DNA from: a virus
Length of the DNA: 64,000 nt
Reading direction: 5' to 3' (one strand)
Virus record (IMG/VR): IMGVR_UViG_3300009376_000001
This document shows positions 38,216-51,370 of the stretch, one piece after another. Each line of letters starts with the position of its first letter. The first letter of the stretch is position 1. The notes under the pieces are model-generated. The model was not told the DNA's origin. It did no database searches and worked only from the letters and a program-made list of their open reading frames with translations. The position numbers and the translations under genes are program-made.

Positions 38216-41200
38216 ATGACCTCACAACTCTGGACTAAGAAAGCAACCCAGGGAACCCTCAAGGAACTCCGACACGCAGGATTCATCGTAAACAAGGTCA
38301 ATAGCGGGTACGAAGCATTCGACACGGACTTCGACGGCAACCAAGAAGAATTGGTACTCAAGGCAATGATGGGTCTGGGTGGATACCTGGTACGCTACGA
38401 GCCACGACTATTCGCTGAGTAGTAGCACACCAACAACCGAGCAGCGTCAAGTCCCTAGAACAATCGTTCTAGGGATTTTTTTTGGCATGACGACGCAGCG
38501 CACTCCTCCATCCCGCAGCGCGATCCCCCTACAGCTTTTCCTTATGGACCCTGGTCCTGTGTGGACCCGCAGATGGACCTGCAGTAATACTTGACAACTA
38601 GGTAACACTGTGCTATACTATGTTCATCAAGTTTAACAGAGGTGACCCAATGCTAGCCGAAACCAACATCAACCCTTCCAATATCTGCTCCGAGTGCGAG
38701 GCCGACACCTTTCCAGTTCGCTGGCACGGTGGCGACTCCCGCCGTGCGGATGGCTCCGAAATCATGGAGGTCTGCTTCTGCGACTGCCATGAGGAGGACG
38801 ACGACCTCCCGCAGTATCCCGCTCACGGCGTGGACGGGTTCCACTTCCTTGAGGACTTCGGGGACGGCCCTCAAGGCTGGTAAGCCTCGCTCCTCCCGAT
38901 GCCCCCTATCCTCTCACAATGTGGGAGGATTTTTTTTGTGCAACAAATTATCCTTTATAGTAGCTTTTCCTTATTGCCAACACTGTTCCGCCTCCTCTAT
39001 ACTCCTGCCAGCAGAAGGATGTAACTACAAACGGGGAAGGGGAGCGGGGTTCACATCCTTCTGCTACTTTTTTGTGATATAGTTAACACTCTTCGGGACT
39101 TCTACATCACCTTTCAGACTTGAGTGGCCTTAAAACGACTTACAGAACGATTTCTAGTATTTTGAACGTGGAATAAACGTGATATAGTTAGTTGACACGG
39201 CTCCTAGGCTAAGGTATACTAAGAATATCAAACTATATAGGAGCATCACTATGACTGACTCACAACTAATCGCTAGCATCTCCACCACGGAATCCCACAA
39301 CGACCCAGCTACCGTAGACTCTGTCTACAACCACTGCGCCACAGTGATGGCAAAATACGACTCCGAAGTCGTAGCACAGGAAATCCACGGATGGGAATGG
39401 GAAGCGGTACTACTGCTACTCACGGACACTCATCCTGAGTACCAAATCCTCGCAGAGGAAGCACAGCATCGAGTAGCTGAGGACATTCGTGGATTCTACG
39501 CCTAATCCACGGTAACTCTCCCGAACCTCCACGTTTCACCTCCGTGGAGGTTTTTTTGTGCCTCACACCGCCTGCGGGTCCTGCAGCAGCTTTTCCTTAA
39601 GGGTCCTTACTATATCACACCACCAGTAGAGCGCAGGCAACGCCTTGACAGACGCAGAATACTCTGGTATACTAAGAGCATCAAATCAAACAGGAAGTGA
39701 CTGGAATGAATCCCAACATCGACGGCATCTCTGAACTGGCAATCATCCTCAACGGTGAGTGCGTAGAGGATGCCTCTCACACGGGAATCTCCGCAGACCT
39801 ACAGTACGATGCCGAGAATAGGCTAGAACATCTGACTTACACTTGTGCGGAATGTCTGGAAATTCTCAACGCTCCTTGGCAAGCAGAGCAGTGGGAAGGA
39901 GTGGTGATTCCCACAGAGCGACACTACACATGGCTATACGATATAAATGTCCCACGGGACATTAGTTCCACAGAGCGTGAGGCTCTGGACTATCTCAATC
40001 CTAAATGGTGGACACGGGAGGTGACCTGGTAAAACTTACAATAGGCCGTGCCTGAGGCACTCTCAAATAATGGTCGGGCATTATGCGTACCCTGTCACTT
40101 CGACAGGGTATTTTTTTGCCTCCCGCGCTCTGCTAGTGGTGTGTTAGCTTTTCCTTACTATACTAGAGATTATATTGGTACTTGACAGATGTCTAGAAGT
40201 ATGCTATAATGATTACATCAAATAAAGACAGGGCGGTGGTCACAGATGGCAAGGAACATTCACACAGCAGTAGAATTCAGAGGCACACCAGACGCTATTC
40301 GTAAAGCGAAAAAAGACCTGAAGCAAATTCGCAATCGTTGGCTACACGAAGCTACTAACATCCTAGTCATCCGACGAGACAAGCACGACCTATGGCGTAA
40401 GATAGCACGAGACTTTAAATTGAAAGTACGGATTGTGCCTTGGGACATATAAGCTAGGCACAGACCTACAAATGCCGCGATGACACGTATAATAGATATA
40501 TAAGAAATTAAGTTTGAAAGTGTGGAGGTACTTTCAGACTGGCACATTAACAATAGAATAGGCAATCTGTTGGCAATCATAAAACGTACTCTGACCAAAC
40601 TTTAATTTAAATTAATATCGGAGATTACGAATATGACCAACAAAAAAACCATCCGTGGTATCGAACTAGGAACAGCCTTACAGGCTCACCTAGAGGCCAT
40701 ACGCCTACTCGGAACAGATGGCGTGGAAGACCGCCTGAAAGACATCCGTGAGGCCACATTCAAGCGCATGGCAGAGCACAAGAACAATTCCCTAACATGG
40801 GAACAAATCTGTGCTCACGTGCCAGAGCGTTACGAGTGTCACGGACACTGTGACGGTGTCACATGCACCAATAGGTGCAAAATGACTCCAGCGTAAGCTG
40901 GAGTTTTTTTTAACCTGCTGTATAGCTTTTCCTTACGCCTATAGACCTTGACAGATGTTTAGAAGTATGGTAAAATAAGTTATCAAATCAAAAGAGGCAG
41001 GAGAAACAACATGAACGGAACGACTAACTGGGAAGGCTTGGTAGAGTTAGCAGTCGAAGCATACATCGACAAGTACTACTCTGACCTGAAGGAGGAGGAG
41101 GCACTCTCCACGACACACCTCTACGAGGCCAAGCAGGACATCATCAAGCACCTGCTCTCCGTTGGTGTACGCTGGGGGCAGGTGGCATCTCTGAAAGGGA

Positions 41201-41706
41201 TGTAACCTCACCTGGCATAAACCTCCATCCGGCACTACAAAACCACTGTATTTTTCACAGTGGTTTTTTTGTTACCTTTTTTACTCAATTCTAGCTTTTC
41301 CTTACCCCTTCCTGGTTGACTTATATCATAACATATGCTATACTACTAGTAGATTAAATACACAGGAGATATCACAGAAATGTCCAACATTAAAGTAAAT
41401 ACCATTCACATCGAAGGCAAGACTTGGCTAGGTTGTACATCCGCTGAAGAATACATGAAGGATATGCTACGTTACGATAACGGAATCATAGCTGAACTTC
41501 AGCAGGAAGAAGGCAACTCTGAATTTACAGCCACGATAGTTGCCACACGATATACGCCAGAACGTTGGCTGTCATTCGGCCTCTGTCCTACACTAGTAGA
41601 AGGAACTCCTAAAGCGTGGCGAACTCAAATGGGACTAACGCAACGTATTCCTCTAAAGGATGTGCAAACGTGGGTGGATAATTCAGATAACGTTTCTGTG
41701 ATATAG
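38216..41706 (+). CDS. Eight small early cassette genes (38216-38422, 38650-38883, 39251-39505, 39697-40032, 40246-40452, 40633-40896, 41011-41205, 41380-41706)
   Basis: Most have their own promoter, RBS and downstream hairpin plus T-tract; functions unknown. Confidence 0.65.
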
Positions 41707-41926
41707 TTTCCACATTTGAAGCTAAAGGATTGACTTGCCACCGATATTCGTGGTAAAGTTATCACACTGTTCTCCACAAAATCCCCGCTTGACGGGGATT
41801 TTTTTTATACACGCTGCAGCGATCCCCGGCAGCTTTTCCTTAACAGTCCTGGGGTCCCGCACTTCCTCCAGGTAGTTCTTCAGGGATACTTGACATCACT
41901 ACTACTGTGTGGTATACTATTAGTAC

Positions 41927-42014
41927 GTTGAGAGACACCCAGATGCCTGAGGGCTTCACTCTACACTCAAGCTAGCGGGTGACGAGTCCCACGGTGTGAA
42001 GGCAGTCTCTCAGC
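41927..42014 (+). ncRNA. Putative structured leader or small RNA
   Basis: GTTGAGAGAC pairs with GTCTCTCAGC and CTTCAC with GTGAAG; starts 8 nt after a -10 box. Confidence 0.35.
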
Positions 42015-42036
42015 AACCCAAGGCCGGAGATAAGAA

Positions 42037-42186
42037 ATGACTAAAGCAGACAAGCGAGCGAATAAACGCTTCAAAGACCGTTACGGTCATTTCGGAGCCG
42101 GAGCATCTCACACTCGTGAGGCTAGCGAGGCCGAGGTGCTAAAGCACATCGAGAAAGCCAAGAAGAATCATCGTCCACGACGGTGA
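42037..42186 (+). CDS. Small basic protein (49 aa)
   Basis: MTKADKRANKRFKDRYGHFG...; GGAG RBS; not in the track. Confidence 0.55.
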   Translation: MTKADKRANKRFKDRYGHFGAGASHTREASEAEVLKHIEKAKKNHRPRR

Positions 42187-42342
42187 TTTTTTTTATCCCA
42201 CTCACGACGGGAGATTTTGTCTCCCGTTTTTTTTTGCCTGCAGCAGTAGCTTTTCCTTAATGTAGGGGATCTCGTACAACCTTGACATCAACATAGATAT
42301 CTGCTATACTGTAAGTATCAAATAAAAAGCAGGAGAACTAGA

Positions 42343-45300
42343 ATGTTTCCAATAACTTTTATTAAAGACGAAGAAGGATATGTATCCGAGTGCTGTTTCG
42401 CATATCCGGCATTTGAACTGGATATGTCATCAGTCCCTTACGGAGGCCCATCAGGGTTCTGTAGTCGCTGTCAGGACAACGCCATATTCTTAGTAGAAGA
42501 CACTGGAGAACCATTCGACACCAAGGGGGAAAAATATGGTGAAAGGTGAACTGATTACAATATCAATATTTCTCATCCTACTCGTAGGATGGGTGGCTCC
42601 ATAGGAGTGGAAATTAATCCACTCCTATTTTTTTGTCCCTCCTCCTCCACCACCTCCACTCGCATCACCTCCCTCTCCTCTCCCTCCACTCAGCTTTTCC
42701 TTACAGTCATCTCTGCTACAAGTGTAAAACTCAACCTTGACAATAGCCCCTAGACATGCTAAAATACATATATCAAATAAATCAGGGGATACGAAATGCA
42801 GACGCAAGACGGAGTCCGAATCACTGTTAAAAAGAACCTTTTAGGCCCAGGAATACGAGTAATCCGTGAATGGCTAGGTGGGATAGAAGTTCTGTCAGAT
42901 GTACCTACCTGGGAGTGGGCCTGGGAGAAAGCCTGGGAACTGAGCGTATACAACAAGGATTAAGGAGCAACATAAAAATGACGGACGTAACTTACAACGG
43001 CTGGAAGAATTACGAGACTTGGAATGTGGCATTGTGGTTATTCAACGAATACCCTCTGTACTGCGTCGCTAAAGGCCATAAAGGCTACGCTACGCCTTAC
43101 AAGTCCCTTAGAGACTCTCTGCATCACACCTTTGGATATATCAAGACGACAGACGGTATAAGCCTGTGGTCACAGAACTTAGACATCGAGGCATTAGACG
43201 AAGCTATCAACGAATCTTAATCTAATCTCTCAACTAATTTTTCCAAGTACTCTAACGAAAGTTAGAGTATTTTTGTTACCACTCCCACATTCGTACTTCA
43301 CCGCCTCCTCCACCTCCTCCACTATCTTTTCCTTAAGATCCATCTCTGTTCCAGGTATAAAACTCAATCTTGACAATAGACCTTAGGCATGCTATAATAC
43401 ATCTATCAAATAAATCAGGAGATACAAAATGATTAGCAACCTTATCGACCCACAGGAACTTCTAGATGCAGCTGAGGAATCCATGTTCGGAATGGAGTCC
43501 ATAGGCTTCTGCCTAGGATGCGGTGCAGAGAACTACGCCGTAGAGCCGGACGCTCGCAAGTACGAGTGTGAAGAGTGCGGTGAGTACGCCGTATACGGCG
43601 CACCAGAGTTGATACTCATGGGATACGGTGGGTAACCACCGAAGGAGGTTAACATGGTACGATTCAACGACCTGTGGATGCGTTGCAAGAACTGTCAGAA
43701 GGGCTTCCGATTCCTGTCCTTCCTCGACCACCCCGGACACCCCGTCCACTGTCCACATTGCGATTTCAACAATCGCTAAGCCAGCGTCCCCCGTGAGAGC
43801 GGGGGATTTTTTTTTACCTGGAGTATTATCTTTTCCTTAGGCTTCTTTAGAACAAAGTATCTAAAAAACTCGTACAGATTCGTGCCTAGACGAACTTGAC
43901 AGTTTTTTACTAGATATGATAAGATAGACCTATCAAATCAAGAGAGACAGGAGAAACAACATGGTTTACCTAAACGGCAACTACGACTACGAGGCACTGG
44001 CAGAACTAGCCATAGACGCATACATCCACCAGTACTACTACGATTTGGAGGCCGAAGGCGCACTCACCCACGCACATGTTCACGAAGCCAAAGAGGACAT
44101 CATTAAGACTCTCCTCGCACTTCGTCCGTCCTTTCTAGTTAAATAGAACCCCTACTCGTAGCCACACCTCTTCAATACCTTGTTCATCGACAAGGTATTT
44201 TTTTGTCCTCCTTTTTACTCAATCTCAGCTTTTCCTTACTGATCCCCAAAAAATTGATTACAAATTGGTACTAAAATAGTATTGACTTCGTATACGATAC
44301 CTGCTATACTATTGGTACAACATAAAAACAGGAGAAACCAATATGACTACACTAGATGGCACAAAAATCGAGGAATTCGCAATCAACGTAGCAGAGTATC
44401 TGCAACGTCAGGCAATCGCCAAGGAAGCGGAAAAACGTCTCAATGAGACAAAGGACGCTCTCAAGGCGTACATGGCAACTGAAGGACTCACCGAGGCCGA
44501 AGTAGGCGAGCATATCGTCAAGCTGATAGAAGTCTCTCGTGAGACTGTGGACACTAAGGTTGCTAAGGTTGTCATTCCTAAGAAGTACTTAGCGGAAATC
44601 CTCAAGACCACGGAATACCAGCAACTGCGGATTGACCGTAAAAAGGACTAAGCCTAGTCCGGCTCTCCGCAAGAAGATTCTCTAACTCGCATTGAGTTAG
44701 GGAATTTTTTTTCCACCCCGCATATTATCTTTTCCTTACGGATCATCGGACCTCTGTCAGACCTATTTTAAAATCCATTGAAATTAGGTAGATTTTGGTA
44801 GGTTTTGGACTTGACAAATAGCGAAAAGTATGGTATAATATAAGTAGAACGAATAAATAAAAATAGTGAGATTAAAAAAAACATCTAAAAAATTGGTACG
44901 GTTTAGGGGTTGACTTACTGCCATAGATGTGTTATAATATTATTAAGAAATAAAAAGTGAGATTAAAAAATATGAACAACCAACTACATACCAAAAACAA
45001 TAACCACAACGAAATACAAATAGGACTTGACCAACAATTCGGATTCACTTCACTGATAGCACGGGTGATTCTAGAATCAATCAACGACTTGGGCGTAGAT
45101 GCACTTGAGGATGAAGGGACACGTTACTGGATAGATGAAGCCACTGACGTTAACGTTGAGGCACTCCGAGTCGCAATTGGGAATATGCCAACCAAAAACG
45201 GAAAAGTAGACGCTAAACCTGCCATACGCCATATCATGGAACAATTGGATGCACGTGAACAAGTGGAACGGGATATGGTAGATGTAGAAATACAATTTGA

Positions 45301-46176
45301 CCAAGTACCATTATCTGAAGTTGAGGAACCAACTATTGCGGAATTAGCTAAAATTGAACCAGTCGCAGAATTACTAGAATGGGACGACGACTGGCAACCA
45401 GACTGGATAAAAGCGGAGTAATAGCTATACAACTGAATAGGCAACCTAATATCAAATAAAACGGAGAATACTTATAATGACTTTAGCAACTTTACTAAAC
45501 ACCTGCCCCAACGACTGCCTAGCAGAATTCGTTACTTCTGAGGCACAATACTACGGCGATGTTTTGGACTACTTCGACTTTTACTGCGATGAGTGCGGAT
45601 ATACCGCTAAAATATTCGCTGATGGCGAAGTCGAAGTAATAATCAACCCTATTCGGGAAGATTATTTCGGTCTTAACGCTGAGTTCGATAATGAACCAGA
45701 GTTAGACGACTTATATTTCGGAACTCGCTAAAAGCGAGTTTTAATATAAAAACAAGCACCCGCTCCGGCGGGTGTTTTTTTTGCACTGTATATGATCTTT
45801 TCCTTACCTGCTGCCAGGGAGATAAACCTTGACATCCACGTTTAAATATGGTATACTAATAGAGTAATAAATAAATAGGAGAAAAAACATGGAGCACGGA
45901 TTTAATCCATTTATACCAGAAGAACTTATCGACCATTTAAAAGACGAAGCTTATTCCGAACTATGTGAAGTTGGCGAAATACAGATGGCACTTAATCAAC
46001 TGGAAGGTAAATTCCACCGTAGAATCCGACGTATACAACATCATATGCGCCAATGCGGAACTTGTTTATCTCAACAAATAAAAACTGGTATACTAGTGGA
46101 GTTACCAGAATATTGGGAAATGCAACAACAATCAGGAGGTGGACGGTATCCAAAATTACATTATCAGGTGAACTGA
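42343..46176 (+). CDS. Small early cassette genes (42343-42549, 42796-42963, 42978-43220, 43429-43635, 43961-44146, 44343-44651, 44957-45421, 45477-45731, 45889-46176)
   Basis: Promoter/RBS/terminator context; several Cys-rich; 43961 is a paralog of 41011. Confidence 0.65.
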
Positions 46177-46697
46177 TGGCAAAAAAATGTAAGAATAAAT
46201 ACCGTTTCAGAATCTGGAACGACGCACAACGCTTTGCGGAACAATACAGAGACGACGTATCCTTACTATTTAGTCCAATACGTCCATACTGGTGCCACAA
46301 ACATGAACTGTGGCACATAGGTCACGATACTAGAGATAAGGTGGAATACTTAGGTAATGGCATCAGAATTCTTCCAAACACAAATGGGACAAAGGTTTTA
46401 TCAGAAAACAATGCCAGATATAGCAACAGAACTACAGAAGATAAATCAGAATTTGACAATCCTAGCCGACTTACTTAAACAAAGCTTAGAGATAGATAAA
46501 GAGATTAGAGATAAGAATAAAACTCAAGTCTGGTAACATAGTCCACTTCCTTAGAAAGAGTCAGATGGCCTCCAACATCTGGCTCTTTCTTTTTACCACT
46601 GTATAGATCTTTTCCTTAAAGCATCTCCAGGTTCATAGACTTGACATCAGAGTATATCTATGCTATACTACAAGTATCAAATAAAGAAGGAACCAAC

Positions 46698-47048
46698 ATG
46701 TTTAAAAATACTCCTTACGGCTTTCACATGGACTTCACCAATGGCTGGTTAATTTCAGTACAGTGGGGGCCACACAATTACTGCTCCACTCGTACTGACG
46801 AGCAATACGCAGACGACAATCCTTTCGACGGAAACTTCCACGAGTATGCATCTAATACTGCTGAGATTGCAGTATGGCATAAGGATGCTGACCGTTACTA
46901 TCCTCTGTCAGATACGGACGATGTTAAAGGTTGGGTATCTACACAAGAAGTAACCGAGTATATCGAGTGGGTGTCTCAGTTGGATAGCAACTACGTTACA
47001 GTCTTGGAAAATGCTCCATACAAAGGCTTACACGGAGTCTCTGACTAA
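46698..47048 (+). CDS. Hypothetical phage protein
   Basis: The track start 46641 is the -35 box; likely ATG at 46698 after AAGGA. Confidence 0.6.
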   Translation: MFKNTPYGFHMDFTNGWLISVQWGPHNYCSTRTDEQYADDNPFDGNFHEYASNTAEIAVWHKDADRYYPLSDTDDVKGWVSTQEVTEYIEWVSQLDSNYVTVLENAPYKGLHGVSD

Positions 47049-47297
47049 TCCTCCATATAAAGGAAACGAAAAGATATATAGGAGCTAGAAATAGCTCCTA
47101 TTTTTTTTGTGGACCATATTATCTTTTCCTTAGATCCGCAGGACCGCCAGGAGATGGAGGAGGAGGTGAAGTTAGAATATGTGATTGGTAACCAAGTCGA
47201 ACAGAACTTCGTTATATATAATAAGAAATAAGAATGTATTGACTTCAATCTAGTAGTATGGTATAATCGAATTATCAAGAAAACAGGAGACACCACT

Positions 47298-47843
47298 ATG
47301 AACACCCTAGTCGCAGGCGCACTCAATTCCGAAGCAAAATTCACGGACTCACAAGTCACGCCTGACCTGCGTGAAGCTAGCCTCGCCTATCTGGCTACCT
47401 ACGAGGGTAATTTCACCTACCTCGTTGACCTTAAACGGCGTAATCCTGACAACTTGTCCGTAGGACAGGTTCGTGGCATCCTCAATTGCATACGAGCGCA
47501 GGTACTGCGTGAGCGTGACGCAGGTGAGCAAGTCAACGTCGTTGATGGTCGTTATGCCGTATGGATGGAAGGTAAGCTTCGGTTCTTCCGTGTGAACACT
47601 CCTACTGAGGGTCGCTGGTCAGGATTCACTTTCGTCACTGAACAATTCGGTGGAGGCGGTGTCCGTGCCATAAAAGGCAATGCTCGCAACCTCATCCTCT
47701 CAGCCATAGCTGATGATTCTGATGCTCTCGCACGGTTTGGTCAGGAACTTGGCAAATGTGGCAAATGTGGTCGTGACCTCACGGATGAGGAATCCCGTCG
47801 CATAGGTATCGGGCCTATCTGTCGGGAGCAATTAGGAATGTAA
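47298..47843 (+). CDS. DUF6011-like zinc-ribbon protein
   Basis: C-terminal CGKCGRDLTDEESRRIGIGPIC. Confidence 0.7.
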   Translation: MNTLVAGALNSEAKFTDSQVTPDLREASLAYLATYEGNFTYLVDLKRRNPDNLSVGQVRGILNCIRAQVLRERDAGEQVNVVDGRYAVWMEGKLRFFRVNTPTEGRWSGFTFVTEQFGGGGVRAIKGNARNLILSAIADDSDALARFGQELGKCGKCGRDLTDEESRRIGIGPICREQLGM

Positions 47844-47967
47844 TTCCTAATTCTTCTATACCGAAAAGATGAATCCTGGGATAAAACCCAGGATTTTTTT
47901 ATTCCGGCTGCAATCATCTTTTCCTTATCTATATAACATAGTAGCTGCTGACCAGGTGCAAGAGGAA

Positions 47968-48126
47968 TGTAACCGAACTAAATGCATATTCGTCTATGTA
48001 AGTACAACGCAAAAATGGAAATCAAAATAGTGTAACTAAGTACCTACCATCTGCGTTATATAAAGTGAGGAACAAAAATAAAGGAGAAAAAACAAGATGT
48101 AACCGATTAGATACTTTCAACGTCTT
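47968..48126 (+). promoter_or_regulatory. Three tandem ECF-sigma-type promoters
   Basis: TGTAAC-N17-CGT(C/T) at 47968, 48031 and 48098; also at 47187 (GGTAAC), 53061 and 56889. Confidence 0.65.
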
Positions 48127-48159
48127 ATAAAATACGAAACAAAAATAAAAGGAGAAAAA

Positions 48160-48582
48160 ATGGAAATCAAGATTACCCCACCACAGGAATTCATCAAACT
48201 GGTAAATCAAATTCTAAAGGAGAACAAAATGGAAAAGACTTGGCCTCTGGCTCCCAACTTCACGGATTCCAACATTGTCATCAACCAACGGATGATTCAT
48301 CATCTGTTGGAACGTAAGGGAACTCCACAGAATCGGGATATGCAAGCCTTGGGAATCGAAGTATCAGAACTTCGTGATGAAGCAGGATTATCTCGTAAGG
48401 AACTTACTGCGCTCTCTGGAATCGATTGTGCTTTCTTAGCACTATTAGAAGAGGGATATGCCTTACCCTCTGAGGTAGATAAAGGAATCCTAGCCCGCCT
48501 CGCTTGTACCTTCATGTATGCGGAACTTCCTGCATATCATGTACAGGAGGCATTTTGGAAATATAAGAAACTATTGACTTAG
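48160..48582 (+). CDS. XRE-family HTH protein
   Basis: LGIEVSELRDEAGLSRKELTALSGIDCAFLALLEEG; second in-frame RBS/ATG at 48229. Confidence 0.7.
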   Translation: MEIKITPPQEFIKLVNQILKENKMEKTWPLAPNFTDSNIVINQRMIHHLLERKGTPQNRDMQALGIEVSELRDEAGLSRKELTALSGIDCAFLALLEEGYALPSEVDKGILARLACTFMYAELPAYHVQEAFWKYKKLLT

Positions 48583-48632
48583 ACTCTTACAAGTGCTATA
48601 ATACATTTATCAACTAAAGACACAGGAGACAA

Positions 48633-49490
48633 ATGCGAACTTACACACGAACCCCATCAAAGTACACAGTCCACCTAATGGAATTCACCCATCTTAATGA
48701 TTCCGCTTTGGAACACTACAATAAAAACCGTGAAGAAAAGGCAACGGCTTGTAAGACCATGTATCGTCACGGCTTCATCATCACTGATGATGGAATGTTT
48801 GTCCTCTGTGATGAGGGTGTCGGCAACAAAAAACCAATATCTGAGGAGCATCCTTATCAGTTAGAGTTCTTCAACGAGCGTAAAGAAGAGGGAACAAATG
48901 TGACTCACATGGGAATTGGCCCATGCCTCTTTATGCGAATGGAAGAAAAGGACTTGCGAGAATGTGCTACTGGCGACACTGAGCCTCTCCATGAATTCAT
49001 CCGCACTTTCGGAGATAGACTAGATACCAACTACATGAACTTTGAACGATGGCTGGATAACTACGCCACTCGTTGGGAAGGTGAGTAATGACACCAGCCG
49101 AACTATTATCTATAGAAGAGGGAATTTGTATCATCTGTAGTGGTGATGATGTGGAGTGTCTTGAGGATTGCACAGTTCATAAATGCGTAGACTGTGGATA
49201 TACGTTAACCGCAACTGAAATGAAAGAAATCAAAGGTGAGGAAGAACATGACTAAAGAAGACTATGAAGATAAATATGGAGAAAAAGTTATCTATTGTAG
49301 AGTACATCATGTTACTGGTATAGATGGATGTATTGCTTGTGAACAAGAGGAACAGGATGATGCGGATATGATTTTAAAGAATGATGGAGATGATGTGATG
49401 TCTATATACAATGATGTTTTTAATAAAATGAATATTGAACGTGAGAAATGGGAAACCATAAGAACTAGTAAGTATCGGAAAAAAACCTAA
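48633..49490 (+). CDS. Hypothetical genes (48633-49088, 49236-49490)
   Basis: Promoter at 48574; RBS present. Confidence 0.55.
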
Positions 49491-49510
49491 CTCACGGTTA
49501 GAAATATCAT

Positions 49511-49596
49511 GCAGGGGTGGCGAAACGGTAAACGCATTGGACTTAAAATCCAACACCTGTAAAGGTTTGAGGGTTCGATTCCCTCCCCCTGTACCA
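49511..49596 (+). tRNA. tRNA-Leu (anticodon TAA)
   Basis: GCAGGGG/CCCCTGT acceptor stem, TTGGA-CTTAAAA-TCCAA anticodon arm, long variable arm, GTTCGATTC T-loop, encoded CCA. Confidence 0.93.
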
Positions 49597-49812
49597 AAAT
49601 AGATAAATCTCTAACTCGTAGTCTCCGACGAGTCTCAGTAATCCCCTCGATGTTGGTTGGTGCATCGAGGGGATTTTTTTATCCCACATCTCATCTTTTC
49701 CTTAGGCACCAGGAGGACCCGCAGGCGGAGAAGTGCGAATATGGGATTGGTAAGATACTTGACTTGAGGTTAGTGATAGTGTATAATAGGGATAGATTAA
49801 AGGAGAAAAGAA

Positions 49813-50303
49813 ATGAACGTAAGAGATTTCCAGGCTAGTAGTAGAGGACGTTTCATCCAAGCTCAAGCACTTTACTATACGATACAACGACTATCGGAGG
49901 TAGAGGGGGCAATAAGAGAAGTATCCAACATAGCAGATATGCAATTCTTACTCGATGAATTGTATCCTGGGTATGAAGATATTTTTCGTCGCCTAGACCA
50001 GCAACGCTGTACGTTACAGCATGGTGAAGAAGTACATAACCACATAGGGGGATAGCTACTAAAATGAAAAAAACATTTCTCATTTTTTATTACGTTCTCA
50101 ACGGACAGGAATATGTGGAAGCATATCCTATCCATAGTTTGAAATATCCTTATGATTCTTTATTGCCTAATGATTGTCCTCATGCCTTTATGGTTTGTAG
50201 TTCTCGTAATCAGGCTCGTAAAGAAGCATACAAGTTATGGATTGATTCCTCAGGTCGTGGATTTAATAAAATGCCTCACCCTAGGTCACACGCCTTACAC
50301 TAG
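49813..50303 (+). CDS. Two hypothetical genes (49813-50055, paralog of 51849-52064; 50064-50303)
   Basis: Shared AQAL...EVSNIxDMxxLL motif with 51849. Confidence 0.55.
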
Positions 50304-50365
50304 GGTATTGACTTAGGGATAAATAAGTGGTATAATACTAGTATCAAATAAATCAGGAGACACAA

Positions 50366-50968
50366 ATGGTAACACTATCCAAATGTTGCGACGCAACACC
50401 ACTAGGCAAGGACTTAGACTCTACTTCATCCTTCGGAAAATGCTCTGACTGCGGTGACTACGAGTTCTTCTATCAGTCTGAAACTCCATCCTCTGCGATG
50501 AAAGCATTGATGACTGAGACTTCACGAGACACTTTGCTACTCATCGGGCCAAAGTGCAATCTACCAGAAGAAGTTTATACAACCTTTAATCCAGCAGTAA
50601 TAAGTTGGGTTGCGGAGCGTATTGGAATTACTTCTAGAGATGGAGTTGAACAGGCTTTACAAGACGGTCACTTCGTAATCAACGTAGCTGACGAAATCTA
50701 CAATGATGCTCATGTCAAAATGCCTATCGAACCTGGAACTGGTACAGTTCTGAATAGCTTAAACTCAATAGCTGATGTGATGGAAACAATCCTAACCACC
50801 ACTAATCAGAAAATAGTTGTTCACTGTGCGATGGGTATGGAACGGTCTGTACTAGCAGTAGTATGGCTAATGGCTTCTAAATGGCGTATGCGACTAGAAC
50901 AGTCATATGCTCAGATTAAGAAACATCGTCCAATAGCATTAGACCGCTTAAACTGGATAACTATGTAA
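50366..50968 (+). CDS. Dual-specificity/PTP-like phosphatase with N-terminal zinc motif
   Basis: IVVHCAMGMERS; SKCCDA..CSDC. Confidence 0.85.
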   Translation: MVTLSKCCDATPLGKDLDSTSSFGKCSDCGDYEFFYQSETPSSAMKALMTETSRDTLLLIGPKCNLPEEVYTTFNPAVISWVAERIGITSRDGVEQALQDGHFVINVADEIYNDAHVKMPIEPGTGTVLNSLNSIADVMETILTTTNQKIVVHCAMGMERSVLAVVWLMASKWRMRLEQSYAQIKKHRPIALDRLNWITM

Positions 50969-51370
50969 TGTGGGAACGTAAGATATGCGTCATATGTCGA
51001 AATGATTTCGGCGTTCATCCAAACGCCAAATCATTTACGACTAGACAGTTATGTCTGGTATGTCGAAAATCAGATTGGATATCTAAATTCACAAAGGAGG
51101 AAAATGGTAGACGATAAAGTTACTGGTTTGTCCATTAGAGTAGTGTGTAAACTTAAACACCTACAACAAGAAATAGCCAATGCATGGTTTATGGCTAGCA
51201 AGAAGTACCCCCGCTAGGGGGTATTTTTTTTACCCCCCATCTCATCTTTTCCTTAGCCCGCTGCAATGGTCGCGGGAATCCATAAGTCAAAATATTGGTT
51301 TTTTTAAATACTTGACTTGGGACTTAGACTAGTGTATAATAAAGGTAGATTAAGAAAAGGAGGTAGTACG

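Noticed and set aside
41940-42002. Hammerhead ribozyme
   Set aside because: The CUGANGA and GAAA core elements are not correctly present.
45794-45806. GATCTTTTCCTTA as a mimic of the 16S 3' end (GATCACCTCCTTA)
   Set aside because: The anti-SD core differs, and the box lies between terminator and promoter, so it is probably not transcribed.
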